NCBI RefSeq assembly: GCF_020054945.1
Contig: NZ_JAIHAU010000004.1
Coordinates: forward strand, 8,903 to 72,902
DNA length: 64,000 nt
Source: Mahella sp.
GTDB lineage: Bacteria; Bacillota; Clostridia; Mahellales; Mahellaceae
Direction of reading: 5' to 3'
The notes under the pieces were generated by a model. The model worked only from the letters and a program-made list of their open reading frames with translations. It was not told where the DNA came from and did not search any database. A program made the position numbers and the translations under genes. Each line of letters starts with the position of its first letter. Within the stretch, counting starts at the first letter, position 1. Shown piece after piece: positions 1-10,398 of the stretch.

Positions 1-1
1 G

Positions 2-190
2 ACTGTGCCAGCGTGGCAGTACAACGTGCCGCTGCTCAACGTAATACTCATCGTAAAAGAAGCTCTGCTTGACACCATAAACTGGGGGCATTTCGCTATA
101 ACCATGTTATGGCTGATAGCCCTGACCATCGTATTCCTCACCATGGTGGTGCATATGTTCAATAACGAGTCGGTGGTATTCAGAAGCTAA
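2..190 (+). CDS. C-terminal fragment of ABC-2 type permease (NatB-like), runs off the window start
   Basis: Hydrophobic helices, 'VPLLN..L..KE.L' and terminal 'FNNESVVFRS' typical of NatB-like permeases. Confidence 0.6.
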   Translation, partial: TVPAWQYNVPLLNVILIVKEALLDTINWGHFAITMLWLIALTIVFLTMVVHMFNNESVVFRS

Positions 191-1428
191 TCATAATCCT
201 GTTGAAATATAATCCGGGCGGCAGGGAATGGCTCTAAAGCGCGCGGCAATATGCCGTTTACATAAGCTATCAACACGCCATAGTTCACCATGGGTACGCC
301 CTGCTGCCTTGCTTTCTCCATGCGGTAAAGCATTTCTCGACGATTCAGCATGCACGCGCCGCAGTGAACTATCAGCTTAAATCTGCTTAAATCCTCCGGC
401 ATGGTAAGCCCGCTCGACCACTGAAAATCCAAGTCGCCGCCTACCGTTTGCCTCAACCATCTTGGTATCTTCACAGTACCTATATCATCGGACTGCCGGT
501 GATGCGTGCAGCCCTCGGCTATAAGCACGCGGTCTCCGGGTTTCAGATCAGATATGGCTTTAGCACCCTTGGCCAATTCTATAAGGTCACCTTTATAGCG
601 GGCCATCAATATAGAAAATGACGTAAGAGGTATATCACGAGGCGTATCGGCAGCCACCTTTTGAAATACCTGCGAATCGGTGATAACCATGCGCGGTTTT
701 TTAACGAGGTCAGTCAGCGTTTCCTTTAATCTATCCTCCTTGACGACCACAGCCACGCCATCATGATCCAGCACATCGCGTATAGCCTGCTGCTGCGGCA
801 GTATAATGCGGCCTTTCGGGGCTGCTTTATCAATAGGAACAACCATCACCACAAGATCGCCCGGATCTATCAAGTCTCCTACCAATGTAAGTTTTTCATC
901 GTCATAAGGGGCATGGCGCACTATGGCCATCTTCAGCTCGTCGACGCCCTGCCCGGTAGCCGCCGATACTTCCACAAGCTCGAGTTTGAGTTTTTTCTCC
1001 CATTCTATCAGTTGTTCCCGAGTATAAACAGCTTTATCGGCTTTATTGACCGCCCCTACCACAGGTATATTTTTCTCGCGTATACGCCGCAATATATTCT
1101 CCTCGAAATCGGTCAGCCCAACCTCACCGTCTATAACCAGCACAGCAAGGTCGGTACGGTTCAATACATCATATGTGCGCTGTATGCGCATCTCTCCCAA
1201 CGGACCTATGTCGTCCAATCCCGCCGTATCTATGATCACCACCGGCCCTATAGGTAAAAGCTCCATGGCTTTTGATACTGGGTCAGTGGTAGTGCCGGCC
1301 ACATCGGATACCAAGGCTGCCTTTTGATTGGTTACAGCATTTATAATGCTGGATTTGCCGGCATTGCGCCTGCCGAACATAGCTATATGCAAGCGTGACG
1401 ATGTCGGCGTAGCATTCATGTCATCCAT
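187..1428 (-). CDS. hydF: [FeFe]-hydrogenase maturation GTPase HydF
   Basis: GRRNAGKSS P-loop, DTAG, NKAD, KGRIILPQ, and CxH...HCGAC Fe-S ligands; start set at ATG 1428. Confidence 0.95.
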   Translation of the reverse strand: MDDMNATPTSSRLHIAMFGRRNAGKSSIINAVTNQKAALVSDVAGTTTDPVSKAMELLPIGPVVIIDTAGLDDIGPLGEMRIQRTYDVLNRTDLAVLVIDGEVGLTDFEENILRRIREKNIPVVGAVNKADKAVYTREQLIEWEKKLKLELVEVSAATGQGVDELKMAIVRHAPYDDEKLTLVGDLIDPGDLVVMVVPIDKAAPKGRIILPQQQAIRDVLDHDGVAVVVKEDRLKETLTDLVKKPRMVITDSQVFQKVAADTPRDIPLTSFSILMARYKGDLIELAKGAKAISDLKPGDRVLIAEGCTHHRQSDDIGTVKIPRWLRQTVGGDLDFQWSSGLTMPEDLSRFKLIVHCGACMLNRREMLYRMEKARQQGVPMVNYGVLIAYVNGILPRALEPFPAARIIFQQDYD

Positions 1429-1764
1429 TATCCTTGTTATTTCTCCCTTCATCGGCTGCTCATTCAAGCAGTATAAAAAATAGATATAACTTTTAGTTAT
1501 AATTATATCACATACAGAGCATTGAAGATATGCTTTCTGGCCGCCGTCTATATCCGCTGTACCAGCGTTTGTTCAGAAGTTATCATAAATAAGCTGCAAT
1601 CGCACCATGCGAATGAGGTAAAGCCTGCACATACTCGCGAAATATTGCCGGCATATTTGCAACAAACGCGATTGCGATATTGCTTATACCCTCTCGCTAT
1701 TATATAATAAGTTAAAGCGGCGAATTCACTTTGAACAAGCTATTAGAAAACATGGAGGAAAAAG

Positions 1765-2580
1765 GTGCAATATAAACTAATAGTGGCCGATATGGACGGC
1801 ACGTTGCTAAACGATAAAAAAGAGATATCACCCAAAAACCGCGAATACATAGATAAATACAGGAAAGCCGGAGGCTTATTCACCGTAGCTACAGGGAGAG
1901 GCCTTTCTACGGTAGAAAATATAGCAAAGGAAATACTAATAGATATACCGGTGATACTTTATAACGGTGCTCAGGTCTACGATTTTAATAATAAAAAGAT
2001 CATATATGAAAAATTTCTCAGTGAAGATGCTTATAAGAAAGCTTTAACGCTACTGGACAATCTGAATATCACCTTCTTGGCATATCAAGGACCGCATATG
2101 TGGGTGAAAGAGCTTTCAGTCGCGGTAGCCGAACATTTGAGAAAGGAAACTGTAAATATAGAAAATGTAACTGCAGCATCTATAAATGAATTCCCGATCA
2201 AGGGCATAAATAAGATACTTACTATAACAGATCGAAACACTTTCGAAAAGTTTCGGGAGGCTTCCTCTCAAATAGGGTTAACAGGCGTACGTTTCGTACA
2301 GTCCGAGGTAAACTATTTCGAGATACTGCCCGAAGGCGTATCCAAAGGGCACGCATTGGAAGAATTGGCCGTATATCTTGACATACCGCTGTCACAGACA
2401 GCGGCCATAGGCGATCATATGAACGATATAGAGATGGTGCGCGCAGCCGGCCTTGGCGTTGCCATGGCCAACGCGCGCGACGAAGTCAAAAGATATGCCC
2501 ACTTTATAACCAAATCCAACAACGATGATGGCGTAGCATATTTTATAGAACTATTGCTCAAAAATCAAATTTCCAGTTAA
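1765..2580 (+). CDS. Cof-type HAD-IIB hydrolase
   Basis: DMDGTLL, ATGR, SKG, GDHMND motifs; GGAGG RBS before the GTG start. Confidence 0.92.
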   Translation: MQYKLIVADMDGTLLNDKKEISPKNREYIDKYRKAGGLFTVATGRGLSTVENIAKEILIDIPVILYNGAQVYDFNNKKIIYEKFLSEDAYKKALTLLDNLNITFLAYQGPHMWVKELSVAVAEHLRKETVNIENVTAASINEFPIKGINKILTITDRNTFEKFREASSQIGLTGVRFVQSEVNYFEILPEGVSKGHALEELAVYLDIPLSQTAAIGDHMNDIEMVRAAGLGVAMANARDEVKRYAHFITKSNNDDGVAYFIELLLKNQISS

Positions 2581-2658
2581 AAGCTTTGCCTTCCATCTTC
2601 TTCACCTTATTTGCAAAATCTTCTATTTATATCGGCGGATAGAAAGCTTCAAAGCTCA

Positions 2659-2922
2659 TTATAAAATATTTTCTTGACCGCCTTTTTCGACACCCATTAT
2701 CTCCCTACTCGAGTATTTAGTGGAACGAAATGTATAAAAGATAACCGAATCTTCATCTTTGTTTATGATTTTGCCCAATTCATATTTCAGCTTTTTATAA
2801 CCAGCTTCTGTAAGCTCGCCCTCCAAAACTGAATTTTGCACCCAGTAAAGGTATCTTCGACACAACTTCAGTACCTTTGCCACACGGCTTTGGTTTACAT
2901 CGTAGACCAATATCACAAACAT
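2659..2922 (-). CDS. cas2: CRISPR-associated endoribonuclease Cas2
   Basis: MFVILVYDV...VQNSVLEGEL, 87 aa, follows cas1. Confidence 0.96.
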   Translation of the reverse strand: MFVILVYDVNQSRVAKVLKLCRRYLYWVQNSVLEGELTEAGYKKLKYELGKIINKDEDSVIFYTFRSTKYSSREIMGVEKGGQENIL

Positions 2923-2925
2923 AAT

Positions 2926-3921
2926 TCACCAACGCGATACAAACGGGCTATATTCTTTCTCACCCACAAAATGTTTTTCTAATTTATATAATTCCATGCG
3001 TATAATGCTTCTGTAGGATACCTGCCGATGTAAATCCCTGTGATTTATAGTAGTGGCAAAGCGTTTATCCAGTTCGGTTACAAAAGCCTTCTGAGCCTTT
3101 TCCTTCAATATAATGCCATCGGCATAAGATTGAAAATCATTGGCCGCAATCATATTCTTGCCAAGTAATGTAAATATAGTTCTATCCACCAATATGGGCT
3201 TGAAAATTTCCGCCACATCGAGATTTAATGTAAAACGCCGAAAGTTTGTGGTGTGCAAATAACCTATCCTGGGATCCAGATGGGTTTTATATATTTCGCT
3301 CAGTACCAGCGTATATATAATAGAATTACCAAAACTTATGAGCGTATTTATTCTATTCTGAGGCGGCCTGCGGGTACGCTGTTCGAAAGTAAATGCCGGC
3401 TTATCAATTATAGTATCAAAGCCTTTATAATATTGATCCCGTATATTGCCCTCTATAGCCATCAATTCTTCTACACCAGTACATTCATATGTGGTAGCAT
3501 AGAGTTTATCTATTTCATCCGATATCGCCTGCAGAGAATCTTTACCTCTATTTATATAATATTTCAGAACATGCTGTATATTTTCAGCGGCGCCCTGCAC
3601 AAAATGCCTGGCCAGGCATAGCCTTTTATCGGCATCCATATAATACTCGGCCTGTTTTAAGATCATATACCCCGAATTCAGGTGTTCTCTTGGATAAAAG
3701 CTGCCGGCGTAATATCCATAGTGGTTAAAGAAATGCAAAAGTACCTCTTTTTGCGATAAGAATTCGATAAAGCGTTTATTGAAATTCACCTCTCCAAATA
3801 TCATTATCTCGCTTATATCTTCGATGGGTATATACTTTGAACCGGTTTCTGATTTGAAATAAACGGTGTTGTCTTTGCGCTCAAATTCGCCACTTGAAAA
3901 GATATAAAATGACTTTTTCAC
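2926..3921 (-). CDS. cas1: Cas1 integrase, type I-B
   Basis: FYPRE, IEG, RRPPQNRINTLISFGN, GYLH, DVAEIFKP; likely GTG start at 3921. Confidence 0.96.
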   Translation of the reverse strand: MKKSFYIFSSGEFERKDNTVYFKSETGSKYIPIEDISEIMIFGEVNFNKRFIEFLSQKEVLLHFFNHYGYYAGSFYPREHLNSGYMILKQAEYYMDADKRLCLARHFVQGAAENIQHVLKYYINRGKDSLQAISDEIDKLYATTYECTGVEELMAIEGNIRDQYYKGFDTIIDKPAFTFEQRTRRPPQNRINTLISFGNSIIYTLVLSEIYKTHLDPRIGYLHTTNFRRFTLNLDVAEIFKPILVDRTIFTLLGKNMIAANDFQSYADGIILKEKAQKAFVTELDKRFATTINHRDLHRQVSYRSIIRMELYKLEKHFVGEKEYSPFVSRW

Positions 3922-3935
3922 ACTATCCACTCTCC

Positions 3936-4436
3936 TTATGCCCAGCACATTTCAGCATATGCGCAGTTAGTACACCAATGAATTCTAGCCGGTTGCGGCG
4001 GCAATTCAGCGCCAACAATATCGGCTATTGCCACACACGCCCTATCCAACTCGGCCTGCGCTTCCTGGTCCAGGTGTACATCTATGATTTTCTTTTCCTC
4101 AGGAAACATCAATTGGCCTTCTGCTTTGATGCCAAGTTTCGATAATTCTGATAAGTAAAATAAAAGCTGCATTCTGGCGCTTTGGAGATATTTTGAACTT
4201 TTCTTCACCTCCCCTATCACAAGTCCGCCATCATCTTTCTTCAAAAGGTCTATCTTTATATTACCCACCGCTATTTCTTTTTTATCGCGTTCATAGCTGT
4301 GTTCATGCAAAAAGCGGCCCCACTCTATATTCTCATCGTGTTCATCAGGCGTAAGGTGCCGCGCCATAAGCCACGTTTCTCTAGGACATATGTAATAATA
4401 CCATATTAATGTACCGTTTATTTTAACGTCTTCCAT
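3936..4436 (-). CDS. cas4: Cas4 RecB-like nuclease
   Basis: YYYICPR, KIDL, EVKKS, QLLFYL and C-terminal CxxCAYxxxC. Confidence 0.95.
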   Translation of the reverse strand: MEDVKINGTLIWYYYICPRETWLMARHLTPDEHDENIEWGRFLHEHSYERDKKEIAVGNIKIDLLKKDDGGLVIGEVKKSSKYLQSARMQLLFYLSELSKLGIKAEGQLMFPEEKKIIDVHLDQEAQAELDRACVAIADIVGAELPPQPARIHWCTNCAYAEMCWA

Positions 4437-4458
4437 ATGCAGCCATCTCCTTATTAAT

Positions 4459-4488
4459 GCTTGAATTCCTCATAGGTAAGCTAAAAAC
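4459..4488 (-). repeat. Degenerate terminal CRISPR repeat of array A
   Basis: GCTTGAATTCCTCATAGGTAAGCTAAAAAC (+ strand), 3 mismatches to the 30-nt array A consensus. Confidence 0.92.
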
Positions 4489-4771
4489 TATTTACTATTT
4501 CATCAAGATACCACCACCAATTAGACTTAGGCTTATCCTTTTGTTTTGCTTCCAAAAAACCTTTCAAAGCCTTATAAAACAGTGGGGCCCTTTCAATAAG
4601 AATTTTATCAAGCTTTTCAATTTCCTCTTTTTCCGCTTCATTGAAGCTGTTAATATGTTCTTGGATAATATCTCTGCATTCTAACTCATATATATGTTCA
4701 AATGGGCTAAGATCCCATTCGCCATTGACAAAAGCATCATAGCCTTTAATTAAACGTTTATTGTCCATCAA
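4481..4771 (-). CDS. Hypothetical protein (95-96 aa) embedded in the CRISPR array; resembles phage toxin-immunity-type small proteins
   Basis: AAGGAG RBS then TTG/ATG; acidic helical protein with SPFE and PxSxWWWYLD motifs; stop TAG lies inside the degenerate repeat. Confidence 0.7.
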   Translation of the reverse strand: MMDNKRLIKGYDAFVNGEWDLSPFEHIYELECRDIIQEHINSFNEAEKEEIEKLDKILIERAPLFYKALKGFLEAKQKDKPKSNWWWYLDEIVNSF

Positions 4772-4888
4772 CTCTCAACTCCTTTACAGTGCTCAAAAGT
4801 TGCATACCGTTTTTCTTTATATATTCTTCATAACTTATTCTATCAAATTTAAATGCCATATCGATAACCTTATTCTGCCCAATTTTTG

Positions 4889-7800
4889 GTTTCAATTCCT
4901 CATAGGTAGGCTAAAAACGCGGCACAGGCATTTGTATCTCAATATTGTTGAGAAGTTTCAATTCCTCATAGGTAGGCTAAAAACTATTTTCCTCCTGTTG
5001 GAGCGTCCGAACTTCTTTGCGTTTCAATTCCTCATAGGTAGGCTAAAAACGGATATCCTGCCATACGTTATCACTTATTTGAGACAGTTTCAATTCCTCA
5101 TAGGTAGGCTAAAAACGCGAAAGCGTCTTGTGCCATCCGCACGTTTCCATCGTTTCAATTCCTCATAGGTAGGCTAAAAACAGTAACGGGTACCTCGACT
5201 ACTGCGACCGCAAATATGTTTCAATTCTAGCGGGCGAGCGTTTCAATTCCTCATAGGTAGGCTAAAAACCATTGACCTGCTTGCTGAGCTCGTCAATCCT
5301 GCCCTCGTTTCAATTCCTCATAGGTAGGCTAAAAACGATACTTAAAGAGAGCCTATATATTGCCTCTTTAGGTGTTTCAATTCCTCATAGGTAGGCTAAA
5401 AACGCGCTGCGTATGTTTTACCGCTCCCGGTCTGCCCTAGTTTCAATTCCTCATAGGTAGGCTAAAAACCCGACAACTATAATCTGATCACATTTAATGT
5501 TGCCGGGTTTCAATTCCTCATAGGTAGGCTAAAAACCAAAGCAGGAAGAGTTAAAGCAACAAACAATTGAGGGGTTTCAATTCCTCATAGGTAGGCTAAA
5601 AACTCAGCAGGAATAAGAGGCATAGTAGGATCCTTTATACGTTTCAATTCCTCATAGGTAGGCTAAAAACGCACAAGAAATAACGATGTTGCCATCAGCT
5701 GCGCGCGTTTCAATTCCTCATAGGTAGGCTAAAAACTTAACTTGGGATGGAGCTAATTTGTGGGTAGCTGGGAAGTTTCAATTCCTCATAGGTAGGCTAA
5801 AAACGGACGGGGACTTTGTGGCAGAAGCCATCGAGGTGAGAGTTTCAATTCCTCATAGGTAGGCTAAAAACGTAATTTATAGGCCGGAGGGCGCAGAGTT
5901 GGCAGACTGTTTCAATTCCTCATAGGTAGGCTAAAAACCCAGCACTAGTAAGAAAAAGTATACCATCCTCAAGGTTTCAATTCCTCATAGGTAGGCTAAA
6001 AACCAAGTTCGACCAGCAGTCACGGAAAAACCATTGTCAGTTTCAATTCCTCATAGGTAGGCTAAAAACAGAGGAAATGAGATGGGCGAAAGCCCATCCT
6101 CATCCCTGTTTCAATTCCTCATAGGTAGGCTAAAAACTTGATTTGGTACTTTGAAAAATCTTTACGGAGTGTTAGTTTCAATTCCTCATAGGTAGGCTAA
6201 AAACTGCGTTGGATTTATCCCCTTCCGGCTTTTCTTTTGGGGGTTTCAATTCCTCATAGGTAGGCTAAAAACTGCAGCCGGAAGAATATACACCGGACGC
6301 AATCCGCAAGTTTCAATTCCTCATAGGTAGGCTAAAAACCAGTGGCGTCGCTAAGACAACCACTTCAGATGCGCCGTTTCAATTCCTCATAGGTAGGCTA
6401 AAAACGCGGTGGCGGCCACGGGATTGCTGTTAACATTTTTGGTTTCAATTCCTCATAGGTAGGCTAAAAACTGGTTGGGCTACCTTGGGCAATAGCGCTT
6501 GTCCATAGTTTCAATTCCTCATAGGTAGGCTAAAAACTTCTTCGTTTACCAGTCCGTCGTTGTGCTCGACGAGAGTTTCAATTCCTCATAGGTAGGCTAA
6601 AAACAATAACAGAAAACGATAGACAACCTTCTTTCACCCGGTTTCAATTCCTCATAGGTAGGCTAAAAACACTCATATGTGCGATATACGGCGCAAATAC
6701 ATCGGGGGTTTCAATTCCTCATAGGTAGGCTAAAAACCTATGCTCCCATTCATCGCGCGGGAACCATTCGCCCGTTTCAATTCCTCATAGGTAGGCTAAA
6801 AACATCGCGGCGTGGTGGTTGCCCACCCTGGGGAACGACGTTTCAATTCCTCATAGGTAGGCTAAAAACTTTCATATACTCAGGCGCAAGCTTTTCCTCT
6901 TGCTATGTTTCAATTCCTCATAGGTAGGCTAAAAACATGTCAACACTTTTTTAAAAAAATTTTTTCATAGCAAGTTTCAATTCCTCATAGGTAGGCTAAA
7001 AACCAGCCCTGCTGGGGAGGCGTTATATCCCCAGCCCAGTTTCAATTCCTCATAGGTAGGCTAAAAACCCGAATTGGGCGGAGCGCTGGAAGAATTGCGG
7101 CACAGGTTTCAATTCCTCATAGGTAGGCTAAAAACGAGATGCGCCAATAGTTGAACAGTATAAAAAAGAGAAGTTTCAATTCCTCATAGGTAGGCTAAAA
7201 ACTCCAGCAGCATATATGGACACATATTTTCCTCATCCCAGTTTCAATTCCTCATAGGTAGGCTAAAAACGTCATAGGTAGGCTAAAAACGTGCCTCGGC
7301 TGGAGCACAACCGTCACACAGTCGAATAGTTTCAATTCCTCATAGGTAGGCTAAAAACGAAGTTACTATTCCTGATGAGTTGGTGCCTGAGGTTGCGTTT
7401 CAATTCCTCATAGGTAGGCTAAAAACCAACAATACGGTTGCGGCATGGCGATTTTGTGTTTTTGGTTTCAATTCCTCATAGGTAGGCTAAAAACGAAGGA
7501 CGTTGTCACTGTCCTCACCGTCCAGCCAAGAAGTTTCAATTCCTCATAGGTAGGCTAAAAACACGCTGCGCAGGATAGTGGCGTGCCAAGAGTATTTTGT
7601 TTCAATTCCTCATAGGTAGGCTAAAAACGAGAAAATCGCTGATACATTAGCGCATGTTATATCGTTTCAATTCCTCATAGGTAGGCTAAAAACTCCAGCA
7701 GCATATATGGACACATATTTTCCTCATCCCAGTTTCAATTCCTCATAGGTAGGCTAAAAACGCTCATAGGTAGGCTAAAAACTATTAACGGCGTCGCGTT

Positions 7801-9854
7801 GCCATACGTGACGGAATATGTTTCAATTCCTCATAGGTAGGCTAAAAACTTTTTGACGGGGCTTTGGAACGGCATCGTGACCGTTGGTTTCAATTCCTCA
7901 TAGGTAGGCTAAAAACGTAACGACAAACATTTTAGAACAAGTTGAAGAACGTTAGTTTCAATTCCTCATAGGTAGGCTAAAAACACATGCATCAACATTA
8001 AGACACTCGTATATCAAAAGTTTCAATTCCTCATAGGTAGGCTAAAAACCAGAATATGAGCGAAGGGAGGAGGCCAAGAATGACGAGTTTCAATTCCTCA
8101 TAGGTAGGCTAAAAACCATATGGGTTGAAGTATTCTTTTAATGTTTCGGTATGTTTCAATTCCTCATAGGTAGGCTAAAAACATATTCGCCGCGGCTTTT
8201 CCCATTTTAGCGGCTCCTGGTTTCAATTCCTCATAGGTAGGCTAAAAACTTAGGCACAACCGATACAACCCTGTACACAGTACCAGGTTTCAATTCCTCA
8301 TAGGTAGGCTAAAAACGGGGAGGTTATCCACTGCGTTCGGTGTTTCTTCTCCGCGTTTCAATTCCTCATAGGTAGGCTAAAAACGCTGGAGCATATAGGA
8401 TTATGGGGCACAGAACCAACGTGTTTCAATTCCTCATAGGTAGGCTAAAAACCTACCGGCTTTCTTCAGCTTGGCTCACGGTTATCCTAGTTTCAATTCC
8501 TCATAGGTAGGCTAAAAACCTCTGGAACTTCGACAGTCTCGCCTCTCTTTATCAGAGTTTCAATTCCTCATAGGTAGGCTAAAAACTATCCTCCGTAGCG
8601 GAAAAAAGCAGCTCTTCTACATGTTTCAATTCCTCATAGGTAGGCTAAAAACACAATAAACAATATTACTGACGCGCCGGCATATGAGAGTTTCAATTCC
8701 TCATAGGTAGGCTAAAAACTGTTGCTTTTTCTCAACCGACATATTTAATACCCCCAGTTTCAATTCCTCATAGGTAGGCTAAAAACAAGATGACAGATGC
8801 AGAATTGGCAGTGCTTAAAGAGGTTTCAATTCCTCATAGGTAGGCTAAAAACGCCCATCTGCTTGCGTTAGGTCGTTCATAATACGCTCGTTTCAATTCC
8901 TCATAGGTAGGCTAAAAACCTGAGCAACAAGAAAAATTGGAGAAATTATGTGATGGGTTTCAATTCCTCATAGGTAGGCTAAAAACGCTAAACCATATCG
9001 AGTAATCACGGCCGGAGGTGACGTTTCAATTCCTCATAGGTAGGCTAAAAACTGCGAGCGGCTTCAGAAGCACAATGAGCTTGGAGCTAGTTTCAATTCC
9101 TCATAGGTAGGCTAAAAACTGGAATAGCATAAAAGAGATTATTTTTAGCCGTCTAAGTTTCAATTCCTCATAGGTAGGCTAAAAACCGTCAACCAAAGCG
9201 CGTTTTTTGGCCATTTTAAGAAGTTTCAATTCCTCATAGGTAGGCTAAAAACGAGGTCAACGGTAAATCATATATAGCCATTGACCCGGTTTCAATTCCT
9301 CATAGGTAGGCTAAAAACCGCAGCGGATAAACGATAAGCAGAGAACGATACAGAGTTTCAATTCCTCATAGGTAGGCTAAAAACTTTTTTGGCAGCTATA
9401 TACTGCCTCAACGCCTCGGCGAGTTTCAATTCCTCATAGGTAGGCTAAAAACGGTTCATCCGACTAGTTTTAGAAGATGGCCGCGTTATGGTTTCAATTC
9501 CTCATAGGTAGGCTAAAAACAGTAATCGTACAATGCATCAATTGCATCTTTTTTTGGTTTCAATTCCTCATAGGTAGGCTAAAAACCTTCATGATTATAT
9601 TATAGCCATGCTATGGCCATAGTGGTTTCAATTCCTCATAGGTAGGCTAAAAACTCGTTCAACTCGATATATTCATCAGTACTACGGGTGTTTCAATTCC
9701 TCATAGGTAGGCTAAAAACTTTTATCATTCAAAATTCCCCCCTATGCTCGATATAGGTTTCAATTCCTCATAGGTAGGCTAAAAACAAAGTCGATCAGTC
9801 CGCTGAACACCTGAGTTAATGAGTGTTTCAATTCCTCATAGGTAGGCTAAAAAC
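4889..9854 (-). CRISPR. CRISPR array A: 74 full 30-nt repeats GTTTTTAGCCTACCTATGAGGAATTGAAAC (transcribed sense), spacers about 35-38 nt, plus 3 partial repeats; extends to 4459 if the 400-bp insert is counted
   Basis: Repeats read directly; orientation from the ATTGAAAC 3' end, the leader on the high-coordinate side and the degenerate repeat on the low side. Confidence 0.99.
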
Positions 9855-10082
9855 TAATTTGAGTGGCTTCAAATGGGCATTTGCTTCTTATTTGCGATGT
9901 TTATAAAACTGGTGTCTCCGCTTGCGCCAAAGCCATAGCAAATAGCTATACTAAGGCCTCTCTAAGCCATAACAGTAATGTCGTCGATCTCCATACTTTT
10001 TTGCACTATTATCGGTCGACGACATTATTATATCATAATCTGCTCTGTATTGCACAATTATTTTCGGCATAAATTCATGCCA
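9855..10082 (-). promoter_or_regulatory. CRISPR leader A with extended -10 (TGATATAAT) and 12-bp inverted repeat
   Basis: AT-rich, colinear and similar to 22628-22853; TAATGTCGTCGA (9976-9987) / TCGACGACATTA (10016-10027). Confidence 0.88.
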
Positions 10083-10398
10083 TTCACCCCCCGTACTCAC
10101 TTCGCCAATATTATGCCGGGTTTGTCGCCAGCAATGCTTTTCCCACCCATCAGAAATGTTCGCTCACTGGCCGCAGTGTCTGAAGCGTGTGGAGTTCTCC
10201 AGAACGCCTATTTGGTTAATGAAGGCGTTTCGACATAGCATAGCTCGTTCGCATATGGGGGCCTACGAGCTAATGCTAAGCAACCGAGCTTGGGAACAAC
10301 GGCAGCCAATCTCAATCCTTGAATTGTTACTTTTCTCGTTTCTCTGCCTTTTTAAACGCTTCAGCCATAGCAGTATTGGAGGTATTGCTGACTTTGCT

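Noticed and set aside
4457-5168. Plus-strand ORFs 4457-4684 and 4761-5168 with repeated FQFLIGRLKT
   Set aside because: Translations of CRISPR repeats, antisense to the array and to the embedded gene
6679-6927. 82-aa ORF within array A
   Set aside because: Chance open frame through repeat-spacer units
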